The notes: generated by a model from the letters alone, not told the origin. A stretch of 64,000 nucleotides of DNA from Bacilli bacterium (GCA_051872335.1 JBJEDT010000041.1:147-64146); one strand, 5' to 3'. Counted from the first letter of the stretch, positions 44,221-54,555 are shown. Made by a program: numbers and translations.

Positions 44221-44250
44221 AAAAACTGTTAGGAAATCCTAACAGTTTTT
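44221..44250 (-). terminator. Terminator (bidirectional form) for the minus-strand GH53-GH13 operon
   Basis: A5-CTGTTAGG-AAAT-CCTAACAG-T5. Confidence 0.8.
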
Positions 44251-44255
44251 AAGTT

Positions 44256-45917
44256 TTATCTTATTACACAACTTGTCATTCCATCAAGAGTTAAAATGTT
44301 ATTTTCAAGTGTTGCTCCACCTGCACCAACAACACCATTTAGTTTTGTGAATGTTTCAGAAGATAATGTAGTAATATCTACTGAAATAGGATCTAATGAA
44401 GTGTTATGCAAGACACATACGCTTTTGTCATTATAAGTAGAAATAAATCCACCAAATGAATCACCCTCACAAGTTAAGGCTTTGTATGTACCTCTGGCGA
44501 TTTCTGGATTTGCTTTACGTACCATAATGACTTTTTTATAGTGATTTAGTAGACTATTTTCATCACCAATATGATCAGCAACTGTACCATTAATTTGATA
44601 TTTTTCTTGGTATGTTGCTTCAGAAGGATTTTTGACTAAGTCATCATCACCCCAACGCATTGCCAAACGTCTATTAGCATCAGAGGATGCACTTCCTCTA
44701 GAACCTTTCATACCAATCTCTTCTCCGTAGTAGATAAATGGAGATCCACTAGAAAGTATATATAAGTTTGCAGCCATATGGGTTTGTTTTAGAGCCATTT
44801 GTAAGTATCCGGATGATCTATCCATATCATGATTTGATATAAATGGGAACATCATTCCGTTATAACCATAACTATTTAATTTAGTAACATAACTTTGGAC
44901 ATACTTTGTATAACTATTAACGCTATCATATTTAACTGTACTAGCAATTTTGCCTTCTGCTTGAGACATACCAAATGAGAAACAATTTAATCCTTTTCGT
45001 GTATAAATATCAATTATACCTTCACTATCAAAAACTTCTCCTACAATATAAATGTCTTCTTTAATTTTCTTTAATTCAGTAACATACCAATTCCAGAAGT
45101 CAGAACTTTTAGTATTGTCTGTATAATATATATATTTTGCTGCATCGAATCTGAAACCATCAATACCCATATCTAGGTAGTATTGAGCAACTTCAAGTAC
45201 AGTTTCTCGAACTGCTTCACAATCATAATTTAATTCAGGCATATCTGTTGAGAAATTACACTCATAGAATATATCTGTACCTGCAACTGTTGCATATGAT
45301 CTTCCGGCTGGAGCAGTTTCTCCACGTAAATAATAAGAATAGAAATCATAATATGGACTACTAGTATCTCCTTCTTTTTGAGCATTTACGAAATTTGTAA
45401 ACCATTGATTTGATGTACTAGTGTGATTAATCGGTAAGTCAATAATAAGTTTAATGTTGCGATTATGACATTCTTGAATGAGCTCTGCTAAGTCATCCAT
45501 TGTACCGAACTTAGGATCAATTGTGTAATAATTAGAGACGTTATATTTATGGTATGTGGGTGAAGTAAATATTGGTGTTAACCAAATTCCTTCAATACCC
45601 AAACTTTTACCAGAATCAGGATCACCATCGTTTAAATAGTCTAAACGATTAATTATTCCCCTTAAGTCTCCTGTTTTATCTCCATTACCATCAGAAAATG
45701 ATCCTGGAAAAATTTCATAGAACACACGATAATTGTCATCAGTTTGTTTTGATCCTAATAACTCACTATCGTTAATAACGACTTCACCATTATCAACAGG
45801 ATATTTTTTTCCATCATCTGGAGTGGGTGTATCTTCTTCATCACCGCACGAAGATACAAAACCAAGAGTTGATCCTAATAATAATAGTGGAATAAGAATA
45901 GAACTTTTATTCTTCAT
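44256..45917 (-). CDS. GH13 alpha-amylase-family lipoprotein
   Basis: Lipobox 'GFVSSC'. GH13 regions are 'GIDGFRFDAAKY', 'YIVGEVFD' and 'FISNHD'. Confidence 0.9.
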   Translation of the reverse strand: MKNKSSILIPLLLLGSTLGFVSSCGDEEDTPTPDDGKKYPVDNGEVVINDSELLGSKQTDDNYRVFYEIFPGSFSDGNGDKTGDLRGIINRLDYLNDGDPDSGKSLGIEGIWLTPIFTSPTYHKYNVSNYYTIDPKFGTMDDLAELIQECHNRNIKLIIDLPINHTSTSNQWFTNFVNAQKEGDTSSPYYDFYSYYLRGETAPAGRSYATVAGTDIFYECNFSTDMPELNYDCEAVRETVLEVAQYYLDMGIDGFRFDAAKYIYYTDNTKSSDFWNWYVTELKKIKEDIYIVGEVFDSEGIIDIYTRKGLNCFSFGMSQAEGKIASTVKYDSVNSYTKYVQSYVTKLNSYGYNGMMFPFISNHDMDRSSGYLQMALKQTHMAANLYILSSGSPFIYYGEEIGMKGSRGSASSDANRRLAMRWGDDDLVKNPSEATYQEKYQINGTVADHIGDENSLLNHYKKVIMVRKANPEIARGTYKALTCEGDSFGGFISTYNDKSVCVLHNTSLDPISVDITTLSSETFTKLNGVVGAGGATLENNILTLDGMTSCVIR

Positions 45918-45932
45918 AAATCCTCCTAAAAA

Positions 45933-47966
45933 TTATAGTTGTGAATTTAATAATGCATCGTCAATTTTACCCCAAGCACCGTTACCGATACCTTCACATT
46001 CAACATAAATACCTACAACGATTTTATCACCTGCTGTGTAAGAAATATCAGTAATAGCAGCTTTATCCCATTTTTGGTAACCGTTAATGGATAATGCATC
46101 AGTAGCTATAACTATATCATTTATTTTAACATATGCGTAGATATTTGTCTCGCCACAATCTCCACCCATGATGGAAATGTAGTATTTATATGTTCCAGTT
46201 GGTAAATCTGTCACTTCTTGTTCTAGATAAAATTTAACTGTATTCGCAGTACCACTCCAGAAGTGAAAGTGATTTATTCCTGTTAATGAGTCAGTAGCTT
46301 TTGCTTCGACATATAATTCATCAGATGAACCAACTTCATTAACTGTCCATCCTGTAGGAACTTTTGTTCCATTTGAATCTTCTTCAAATGAGTAGTTATT
46401 TAAGAAATTGAATTCAACCATTGATAGATATAAGTGAGCTTCCATTCCACCAGCTTCACCAACGATGTCATACATTTGTGGGCCACCAGATTTGAAAGCA
46501 TCAAAATCGATAGTTGGATAAACAGTAGTATTATAATCTTCATCTGTTACTTGATAGTATTTCCATTCAACATCAAGTGTGCTTTTTGAATTGTCTGTCA
46601 TAATTGCACTAACTGTAGTTGGAAGAACAATTTCACCAGCTAAGTCACATACAAGTGAAGTGTCAGCGATTGCATCAGCCTTTACTTCTGCAACATTTCC
46701 AGTTCTCATTAGAGCGAAAACTTTTAATGATTCAAGTGGTTTACCATTTGCATCAAATAATGCTTGGTTATCAACTGCATTACCACCATAATATTTACCA
46801 GCATCATCTGGATCATAATCACCAGCATAGCTAGTTGCCCAACCAGTACCATAAGTTTCCCAGTTTACTTTATTAATATCATAAGAAGTTTGACCAACTG
46901 AAATCCATGTACCTTCCCAATAGAAAACACCAATACCATTTGTTGTATGATTTGCAATAGTGTCAACAATACTTCTAACACTATTTGCTTGTCCTTGTAC
47001 AGTGAATGGGAAGTCTTTAGTAATAGATCCACCGTCTGAAATTGTATTTCCATAGAAATCTGTATCACCACTTGTATAAGCATATGATGTTTCAGCAACC
47101 ATAACCTTTTTATTATAAGTAGTTGCGATTTCAGATAATAATGAGGATAAATTGTCTAATGTACCATGCCAATATGGATAATAAGAGGAAGCAAATACAT
47201 CATAATCGATATTATAATATTTTAATTTTGACGCATAACTTTGGTAGTTAGTAATTTTTTCAGGGTTAGCGAAGTGAACTGCAACTAATGCTTCAGGATA
47301 AACTTCCCTAACAGCTTGGCTACCACTCATCATTAATTTAGCAATGTTGAACCAAATTGATTCTCCAGCCATTTTACCATTCGTCTCATTTCCTATTTGA
47401 ACCATTCCAACATCAATTTTTTCATTTTTTAATTTATTTAATGATTCTTTAGTATATGTATATAGAGCATTGCTCTTTTCATCAATGTCAGTATATTGTT
47501 CCCAATCTTTAGGACACATTTGTTTTGCTGGGTCAGCCCAGAAGTCTGAATAATGAAAATTGACTAACAATTTCATTCCATATTTATTTGCACGTTTTCC
47601 TATTGTTAAAGCTGTATCAATAGTACAATTACCTCCACCATAACCATTGCCTTCTTCATCAAATGGATTGTTCCAAACTCGAACACGAATATAGTTGATT
47701 CCACTTTGTGCTAAAGTTTTGAAAACATCTTGTTCTTGACCATCGTATCCATAGTATTTTACCCCACCTGTTTCAAGTGAAATAACGCTTGATGCATCCA
47801 TACCCATGATAAAATTCTCATCAAGATTTTCAACTTTTTGAACATAAAGTGAGTCACTAGAAGTTACTAGATCAACTTTTTCTGTTTTGGATCCGCCAAC
47901 ATTACATCCGGTAAGCGCTCCCATAAGAAGTAATGAACATAATCCAAATATAAAATTCTTTTTCAT
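45933..47966 (-). CDS. Secreted GH53 endo-beta-1,4-galactanase lipoprotein with Ig-like and C-terminal carbohydrate-binding modules
   Basis: Lipobox 'GALTGC'. Catalytic-domain motifs are 'YIRVRVWNNP', 'FHYSDFWADPAKQ', 'IGNETNG', 'YYPYWHG' and 'VAETSY'. About 250 additional C-terminal residues end in 'GAWGKIDDALL' (CBM-like). Confidence 0.85.
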   Translation of the reverse strand: MKKNFIFGLCSLLLMGALTGCNVGGSKTEKVDLVTSSDSLYVQKVENLDENFIMGMDASSVISLETGGVKYYGYDGQEQDVFKTLAQSGINYIRVRVWNNPFDEEGNGYGGGNCTIDTALTIGKRANKYGMKLLVNFHYSDFWADPAKQMCPKDWEQYTDIDEKSNALYTYTKESLNKLKNEKIDVGMVQIGNETNGKMAGESIWFNIAKLMMSGSQAVREVYPEALVAVHFANPEKITNYQSYASKLKYYNIDYDVFASSYYPYWHGTLDNLSSLLSEIATTYNKKVMVAETSYAYTSGDTDFYGNTISDGGSITKDFPFTVQGQANSVRSIVDTIANHTTNGIGVFYWEGTWISVGQTSYDINKVNWETYGTGWATSYAGDYDPDDAGKYYGGNAVDNQALFDANGKPLESLKVFALMRTGNVAEVKADAIADTSLVCDLAGEIVLPTTVSAIMTDNSKSTLDVEWKYYQVTDEDYNTTVYPTIDFDAFKSGGPQMYDIVGEAGGMEAHLYLSMVEFNFLNNYSFEEDSNGTKVPTGWTVNEVGSSDELYVEAKATDSLTGINHFHFWSGTANTVKFYLEQEVTDLPTGTYKYYISIMGGDCGETNIYAYVKINDIVIATDALSINGYQKWDKAAITDISYTAGDKIVVGIYVECEGIGNGAWGKIDDALLNSQL

Positions 47967-48022
47967 AATCTTTTCTCCTTTTGTTTATTTTAACATAAAT
48001 AAAATATAACTTTACACATAAA

Positions 48023-48040
48023 TTTTCGTTATTTTCGAAA
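48023..48040. promoter_or_regulatory. TTTCGTT / TTTCGAAA boxes in the divergent GH53-pullulanase control region
   Basis: TTTTCGTTATTTTCGAAA has its CG dinucleotides 9 nt apart. Confidence 0.45.
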
Positions 48041-48127
48041 TTGTCCAAACATTCTATAAATATTTTTAAATATTTATACCTATGATATAATATTTTTATA
48101 AAGAAACATATAATAGGAGGAAAGTTT

Positions 48128-50818
48128 ATGAAGCTTAAAAATGCATGTATGCTTGGACTTTCATTAATGTTGTTACTCACTGGTTGTAATCATGATGATA
48201 CACCTGACGATGATAACATTATTGATAATGGTGGTAATACAGGCGACACTACTGATAAGAGTAACTTCGATGTAGATTTACCTACTGAAATTCCTACATA
48301 TGAAAGTGACTCTGTTCAAATTCATTATAAAAGAACTGATAAAAAATATGCTCCTTGGTCATTATGGCTATGGTCTCCAGGAGCTGACGGAGCAAGATAT
48401 GAATTCAATTATTGCTCTGGTGAATTCTTAGTTGCAAGCTATGAATTATCAACATTTAGTATTGATTTAGAAGCTGATCCAACAGCAACATTAGGATTTA
48501 TTGTTGCAAAGAACCCAGGATCAACGTGGGATGCTAAAGATACTGATTCTGATAGATTTGTAGAATTTAGTTCTCTACAAAAAGATGATAATAATGTTTA
48601 TCATGTTTATATCTTCCAAAATGATGGAAACGTTTATTTAGATGAAAACAAAACTATGGTTGACAAAATTAAATCTTTAAAATTTTTAAATACTTCAAGA
48701 ATTAATTGTACTACTACGAACACATTAGCAAAATATGAAATTTTTGAAAATGATACACGTATTGCTGAAAAAGATTTAGCAGGTGTTAAATCATTCAACT
48801 ATGATTTTACTGAAGAACATCCATTTAGCTATGAAAATTCATATTCAGCAAAAGTCACCTTTAAAACAGGTACAGTAATAACACAACCTGTTTCAATGCA
48901 AAACTTATTTGCACAAGCTTCTTTTGATGAAGCATTCTATTATGATGGTGAATTAGGTGCTATCTATTCAGAAACTGAAACAACATTTAAAGTATGGTCT
49001 CCATTATCAAGTAAAATTGTATTAAAAATATATAATAGTGGAACACCTTTTAGCTTAGATACTACTAAAGGTGATGACACCGTACTTCATGAAGTTGAAT
49101 TAGTTAAAGGAGAAAAAGGTGTTTTCTCTGGAAAAGTAACTGCTAACTTAGATGGAAAATATTATACATACACTGTTTATAATGCTACATATCCAACTGG
49201 TAAAGAAATTGTTGACCCATATGCAAAATCATGTGGTGTTAATGGTTTAAGAGGTATGATTGTTAACTTCGCAAAAACAAATCCTACTGGTTGGGATAGT
49301 ATTAATGTTCATCAATATGATAGAAAAGAATTAGCAGTATGGGAAACTCATGTTGCTGATGTTACTTCATCTTCAACTTGGACAGGTACTGAAGCAAATA
49401 GAAAGAAATTCCTAGGACTTATCGAATCTGGAACTACATATACAGAAAATGAAGTTACAGTAAAAACAGGTTTTGATCATATTAAAGAATTAGGTGTAAA
49501 TGCTGTACAATTAGTTCCAATTTTTGACCAAGCAAATAATGAAGTAAATACAAGCTTTAACTGGGGTTACAATCCATTAAATTATAACTGTCTAGAAGGT
49601 TCATATTCTTCTGATCCATATGATGGTTATGCTCGTATTAAAGAATTTAAAGAAGTAGTTGCTAAATTTAATGAAGCTGGTATCAATATTATTATGGATG
49701 TTGTTTACAATCATACTAATAGTGTTGTAGGTACTAACTTTGATGTCTTAATGCCAGGTTACTATTATAGATATGATGGTACAGGTGTTCTATACAATGG
49801 TTCAGGATGTGGTAATGAAACTGCTTCTGAATTATCAATGATGAGAAAGTTCATGATTGATTCAGTATGTTTCTGGGCTGAAGAATATAAGTTAGGTGGA
49901 TTTAGATTTGACTTAATGGGTCTTCATGATATTGAAACTATGAATCAAGTAACTGCTGCTGCTCAAGAAATTAATCCAAAGATTACAATTTATGGTGAGC
50001 CTTGGACAGGTGGTACATCTGGACTAAGTTATTCTAAACAAGCTGTTCAAAACAACGCTAATCAATTTGTTGGTTATGGACAATTCAATGATAGAATGCG
50101 TGATGAATTAGTAAAAGGTGGTATGAGTGCTGCTAGTGAAAAGAGCTGGATTTCAAATACTACTTCAAATACTACAAATATGAATAACTTAAAAGCTGGT
50201 ATAATTGGTACAACTAAAAATGCTGCTATTGAAATTGCTGACCCAGATAAGACAGTTAACTATGTTACATGTCACGATAACTATACTTTATATGATAGAT
50301 TTAAAGCTGCTGGTATTAGTGATGATGCAACTGTTAAAAAGATGGCAATGCTTGCTAACTCTGTTGTCTTTACATCACAAGGCACAACATTTATGTTAGC
50401 TGGTGAAGAATTCCTACGTACAAAACAAGGAAATCACAATTCATATAATGCTTCTTACAAAGTTAATGAATTAGATTATTCATTAAAAGTTAAAAACTTA
50501 GATATGTTCGAAAATTATCAAAAATTAATTGATATGAAAGTTAATTTTGATGCATTACATTTTGATAAAGAAGAAGCTGCTAAGATAGTTGTTAATACTC
50601 AAGATAGTAACAATGTAATTTATTACACATTAACTGGTGAATATAGAGAAGTAATGATTATTCATTCAAATGGTGTAAATGCTTCAAGTAGAACTGCAAT
50701 TGACTTAACTGGTTATACATTATACTTAGATACACTAGGTACATTATCTGGTGAATTAGGTTCTGTTCAACCACAAGCATTCCAAACAATTATTGCTTAT
50801 AAAACAATAACTGAATAA
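48128..50818 (+). CDS. pulA: Type I pullulanase lipoprotein (GH13 with CBM41/CBM48-like N-terminal modules)
   Basis: Lipobox 'LLLTGC', CBM41-like 'APWSLWLWSPG', and catalytic regions 'GGFRFDLMG', 'YGEPW' and 'YVTCHDN'. Confidence 0.9.
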   Translation: MKLKNACMLGLSLMLLLTGCNHDDTPDDDNIIDNGGNTGDTTDKSNFDVDLPTEIPTYESDSVQIHYKRTDKKYAPWSLWLWSPGADGARYEFNYCSGEFLVASYELSTFSIDLEADPTATLGFIVAKNPGSTWDAKDTDSDRFVEFSSLQKDDNNVYHVYIFQNDGNVYLDENKTMVDKIKSLKFLNTSRINCTTTNTLAKYEIFENDTRIAEKDLAGVKSFNYDFTEEHPFSYENSYSAKVTFKTGTVITQPVSMQNLFAQASFDEAFYYDGELGAIYSETETTFKVWSPLSSKIVLKIYNSGTPFSLDTTKGDDTVLHEVELVKGEKGVFSGKVTANLDGKYYTYTVYNATYPTGKEIVDPYAKSCGVNGLRGMIVNFAKTNPTGWDSINVHQYDRKELAVWETHVADVTSSSTWTGTEANRKKFLGLIESGTTYTENEVTVKTGFDHIKELGVNAVQLVPIFDQANNEVNTSFNWGYNPLNYNCLEGSYSSDPYDGYARIKEFKEVVAKFNEAGINIIMDVVYNHTNSVVGTNFDVLMPGYYYRYDGTGVLYNGSGCGNETASELSMMRKFMIDSVCFWAEEYKLGGFRFDLMGLHDIETMNQVTAAAQEINPKITIYGEPWTGGTSGLSYSKQAVQNNANQFVGYGQFNDRMRDELVKGGMSAASEKSWISNTTSNTTNMNNLKAGIIGTTKNAAIEIADPDKTVNYVTCHDNYTLYDRFKAAGISDDATVKKMAMLANSVVFTSQGTTFMLAGEEFLRTKQGNHNSYNASYKVNELDYSLKVKNLDMFENYQKLIDMKVNFDALHFDKEEAAKIVVNTQDSNNVIYYTLTGEYREVMIIHSNGVNASSRTAIDLTGYTLYLDTLGTLSGELGSVQPQAFQTIIAYKTITE

Positions 50819-50828
50819 AAGTAAAATT

Positions 50829-50858
50829 AAAACGAACTCTCGTGAGTTCGTTTTTTTC
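50829..50858. terminator. Bidirectional terminator
   Basis: AACGAACTC-TCGT-GAGTTCGTT followed by T7, with A-rich sequence upstream. Confidence 0.85.
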
Positions 50859-50859
50859 T

Positions 50860-51744
50860 TTATTTAATATGAGACCAAGAAATTCTTTCTTTATTGTTTG
50901 CTCCGGGTCCCTTAGAGTTTTCTTCATAAAACCGGCAATTAATATGTCTATCAGTACCTTCCCAAATAGAAAAACCTTCTTTAATAATGTGATTATCTAA
51001 ATAACAATTTTTAAAATTAACAAGTCCATATTCTCTCCAAGGACGAGCAAGATATACACTGTTTTCCAATGTATTTTTATCTTTTAAAATTTTACAATTT
51101 ATAAATTCAAAACCATTTTTAATTTCTTTGTTATGATTCGGAGCAACAATGTATGTGGTTTTTGGTGTTGGTAGTGAAATTATTGTACAATCGATAAATT
51201 TTGCATTTGATCCCCCAAAGATAAAATCGACTGTGCCACATATTGTACAATTTTTTAAAGTATGATGGAATTGACCTTCATATATTCTTTCATCTTCAGG
51301 TAATAAATCAATATATCTTTCGATTAAGTCAGGAGATAATGGGCCTAAAAAAATAGTATCTTGATGAGCTTTTAAAGTACAATTTATTAAATTAATATCA
51401 TCAGCATATAGATGCAAGGCAACAGCTTGACCAACGATATGACCTTCTCCTGCAGTATTTTCAATAGTTAAATTTGATAAGGTAACATGAGGGGCTTTTA
51501 TAAGCATTGTATATGTTCTGAAAGTTACATATTCTCTTCCATCATTATGTATTTTTCTAGCATAATCGTTATATGAAATAATTGAGTTGTTTTCGCTTGT
51601 AATTGTTAAGTTAGGTTTATTTACAACAACTTTTTCAAAGTAATAATCATCAACAAGTAAAATAGTGGATCCTTTATTGGCTAGATTGATTGCTTCATTA
51701 ATTGATTTTATTTTCTCATTTTTACCAACTCGTATAGTTTTCAT
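50860..51744 (-). CDS. Pectin methylesterase (CE8), no signal peptide
   Basis: CE8 motifs 'GQAVAL', 'HQDTIF', 'DFIFG' and 'YLARPW'. Confidence 0.9.
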   Translation of the reverse strand: MKTIRVGKNEKIKSINEAINLANKGSTILLVDDYYFEKVVVNKPNLTITSENNSIISYNDYARKIHNDGREYVTFRTYTMLIKAPHVTLSNLTIENTAGEGHIVGQAVALHLYADDINLINCTLKAHQDTIFLGPLSPDLIERYIDLLPEDERIYEGQFHHTLKNCTICGTVDFIFGGSNAKFIDCTIISLPTPKTTYIVAPNHNKEIKNGFEFINCKILKDKNTLENSVYLARPWREYGLVNFKNCYLDNHIIKEGFSIWEGTDRHINCRFYEENSKGPGANNKERISWSHIK

Positions 51745-51791
51745 ATTCTGACCCCTAATTTTTCTTTATTATAACACGCAATATAAATAAA

Positions 51792-51822
51792 AACTAAGAA
51801 GTTTAAAACTCCTTAGTTTTTT
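51792..51822 (-). terminator. Terminator of the tldD-pmbA operon
   Basis: ACTAAGAAGT / AACTCCTTAGT stem (one mismatch) with a T-run on the minus strand. Confidence 0.7.
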
Positions 51823-51837
51823 AGATTTAGATAAATT

Positions 51838-53160
51838 TTATTTTCCTGAAACTGCAATACTTTCTATATATAAAGAAGGACATGCAATTGAAGAAGGCAT
51901 TAATTTAATATCACTACCAACTTCTTTAATTTGCTTAAACATATCAAATAAGTTTCCAGCAATAGTAATTAAATTTACAGGAGTTGTTCTTTTACCATCT
52001 TCGATTAAGTAACCTTTAGCTTGTAATGAGAAGTTGCCAGATTGAGCATTCATACCAGAGTGAAGACCTTCTACTTCTGTAATATAAATACCTTTTCCTA
52101 CACTAGCAAATAATTCATCTAAAGTTTTAGAACCTGGTTCAACTTGGATATTAACAGTTGAGGTACTAATTGATCCAGTTGCTCCTGCTCTATAACCATT
52201 ACCTGTAGATTCAACGCCATCTTTAGCAGCTGTTGTTAAATTGTATAAATATGTTTTTAAAACACCTTTATCAATTAATGTCTTATTTTTAACAGCAACA
52301 CCTTCATCATCGAAATATCTAAAGAAACAGTTTTTTGTTAATGGTGATTCTTTAACTGTGAGACAAGTTGATGCAACAACTTGTTCTAATTTATCTGCTA
52401 AAACAGAAGATTTTTTTTGTACTTCTTCAGCAACGATACTATGAATATAGAAGGATAATAATGAAGCAGCAACATGTCTATCTAAAATACAAGGATATTG
52501 TGCACTATCACATGGAGCTCCACCAAATTGATCAATTGCATCTTTATATGCTTTTTCTGCAAGTTCATCGATATTTAATTCTTTAAGATTTGTGTTGAAA
52601 TACATATCTCCACCAGTCTTAATTTCTTCACCCTTCTTTGCAACTACATATACATAGATTACAACATAGTTTGATTTGCTTGATAATTCTAGTGAGTGAG
52701 AATTGACAAGTGTAGTTTCTTCAACAGCTTCACTATATGAAATTTCAACATCAGTGACGAATTCTTTTTCTTTTAGTTTCTTTTCTAATTCACGAGTAAT
52801 ATTGATTTTTGTAGTTTCATCTGTTTCTTGAACAGAAGAATCAAAAACTTCACCTTTTTCATAATGTTCTGAACCTTTAAAAATTACAGGTAAGTCAGTA
52901 CTTGAAATAAAATGTGAATTTTCTTTTACTTGTTTAGCTAAAAAGCATGGAGAAGATTCATCTACTTTTTCAGTGAAAGCATAACCCATTTTTCCTTCAA
53001 AAATTCCACGTGCTGAAGTTGTACCACTATCAGCAATTGTATAACCACTAATTTCTCCTCTAAATAATTCAAATGAGAATCTATAGTTTTTTGATACATA
53101 TAATTCGTATTCTTGAATACCAGCATTTTTTGCTTCTTCAAAGTATTTTTCAAATGCCAT
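51838..53160 (-). CDS. pmbA: PmbA/TldE metalloprotease partner
   Basis: 440 aa. It sits immediately after tldD with abutting coordinates. The C-terminal Gly-rich region is typical of the PmbA_TldD family, and it lacks the HExxxH motif. Confidence 0.8.
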   Translation of the reverse strand: MAFEKYFEEAKNAGIQEYELYVSKNYRFSFELFRGEISGYTIADSGTTSARGIFEGKMGYAFTEKVDESSPCFLAKQVKENSHFISSTDLPVIFKGSEHYEKGEVFDSSVQETDETTKINITRELEKKLKEKEFVTDVEISYSEAVEETTLVNSHSLELSSKSNYVVIYVYVVAKKGEEIKTGGDMYFNTNLKELNIDELAEKAYKDAIDQFGGAPCDSAQYPCILDRHVAASLLSFYIHSIVAEEVQKKSSVLADKLEQVVASTCLTVKESPLTKNCFFRYFDDEGVAVKNKTLIDKGVLKTYLYNLTTAAKDGVESTGNGYRAGATGSISTSTVNIQVEPGSKTLDELFASVGKGIYITEVEGLHSGMNAQSGNFSLQAKGYLIEDGKRTTPVNLITIAGNLFDMFKQIKEVGSDIKLMPSSIACPSLYIESIAVSGK

Positions 53161-54555
53161 TTAGATAGCACCTCCTCTACCACCAACAGTAATTTCTTTT
53201 ACTCTTATAGTTGGTTCACCAACATCAGCAGGAATACTACCTGAAGCAGCACCACACATACCTTGACCTCTTAATAGATCTTTACCAACCATATCAATTT
53301 CTTTTAGAATGCTTCCACCATTACCAATTAAAGTTGCTCCTTTAACTGGATAAGTGATTTTTCCATCTTCAATCATATATCCTTCAGTAACAGCAAAATT
53401 GAAGTCACCTGTTGTTGGGTTAACTGAGCCACCACCTAGTGATTTAGCATATAATCCATATTTTGTAGCAGCAATCATTTCTTCGACAGTTGAATCACCT
53501 GCACAAATAAATGTATTTGACATACGTGAAGTTGGTTCATATTTATAAGATTCACGTCTACATGCACCATTTCCTGGCATACCCATTCTACGACCATTGA
53601 AATCATCGATTAAGTAATTTTGTAAAATACCATCTTTAATTAGAAGATTACATTGAGTTGGATTTCCTTCATCGTCGATATTTCCTGAACCCCAACCATT
53701 TTCAATAGTGCCATCATCAATTGCACTAACTAGTGGAGAAGCAATTTGTTGTCCAAGTTTATCTGAGAAAATTGATAGTTTTTTAGATACTGAACTTGCT
53801 TCTAGACCATGTCCACATGCTTCGTGGAAGATAACTCCACCAAATCCATTACCTAAAATAACAGGCATTTTTCCACTAGGACATTCTTTTGCACTTAACA
53901 TTGTAATTGCTACTTCAGCAGTTTCTTTTGCAAGTGCTTTATAGTCGATATCATCGGTAAAGAATTCCATACCTTTTTGAGCACCTGGTCCATTATAAAA
54001 TGTTTCAATTAATCCATTTTCTGAAGCCATTGCAATTAAGAAAAGACGACCTCTTGCTCTGAAGTCATGATGTTCATGTCCCTTAGAATTAAAAATTGTA
54101 ACTGATTTTGCATTATCAACAAAATTAGCTTGTGTACGAACGATTCGTGGATCATGTGAAGACATAATTTCACTAGCTTCTTTAAGCATATTAATTTTTT
54201 CTTCTTTTGAAACTTCACTTAGTAAACGTCTACTTTTATGAGCACCTTTGTTTTCTATAAGTGTAATTTCATTAACAGTTAATTTTCTTTCTTCTGAAAA
54301 TGATTTAGATAGTGAACTGGCAAGTTTTAAAAGACTTTGTTCTGAAAGATCGTTTGTGTAACCATAAACACTTTGAAGTTTATTTAATAAACGAATTCCA
54401 GCACCATAGGTAATACCAGCGTTAATAGTTTTAACTGCACCATTATCCATAGCGATAGAATTTGTTTGAACTTCTTCAAGATAGATTTCAGCAAAGTCTG
54501 CACCTGTAGCAAGAGCTGTGTTTAAAACATTCTTAGCTATTTCTTTAGAAATCAT
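53161..54555 (-). CDS. tldD: TldD metalloprotease
   Basis: 464 aa with 'HEACGHGLE' (HExxxH) and the C-terminal 'GxC...G' region. Confidence 0.85.
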   Translation of the reverse strand: MISKEIAKNVLNTALATGADFAEIYLEEVQTNSIAMDNGAVKTINAGITYGAGIRLLNKLQSVYGYTNDLSEQSLLKLASSLSKSFSEERKLTVNEITLIENKGAHKSRRLLSEVSKEEKINMLKEASEIMSSHDPRIVRTQANFVDNAKSVTIFNSKGHEHHDFRARGRLFLIAMASENGLIETFYNGPGAQKGMEFFTDDIDYKALAKETAEVAITMLSAKECPSGKMPVILGNGFGGVIFHEACGHGLEASSVSKKLSIFSDKLGQQIASPLVSAIDDGTIENGWGSGNIDDEGNPTQCNLLIKDGILQNYLIDDFNGRRMGMPGNGACRRESYKYEPTSRMSNTFICAGDSTVEEMIAATKYGLYAKSLGGGSVNPTTGDFNFAVTEGYMIEDGKITYPVKGATLIGNGGSILKEIDMVGKDLLRGQGMCGAASGSIPADVGEPTIRVKEITVGGRGGAI

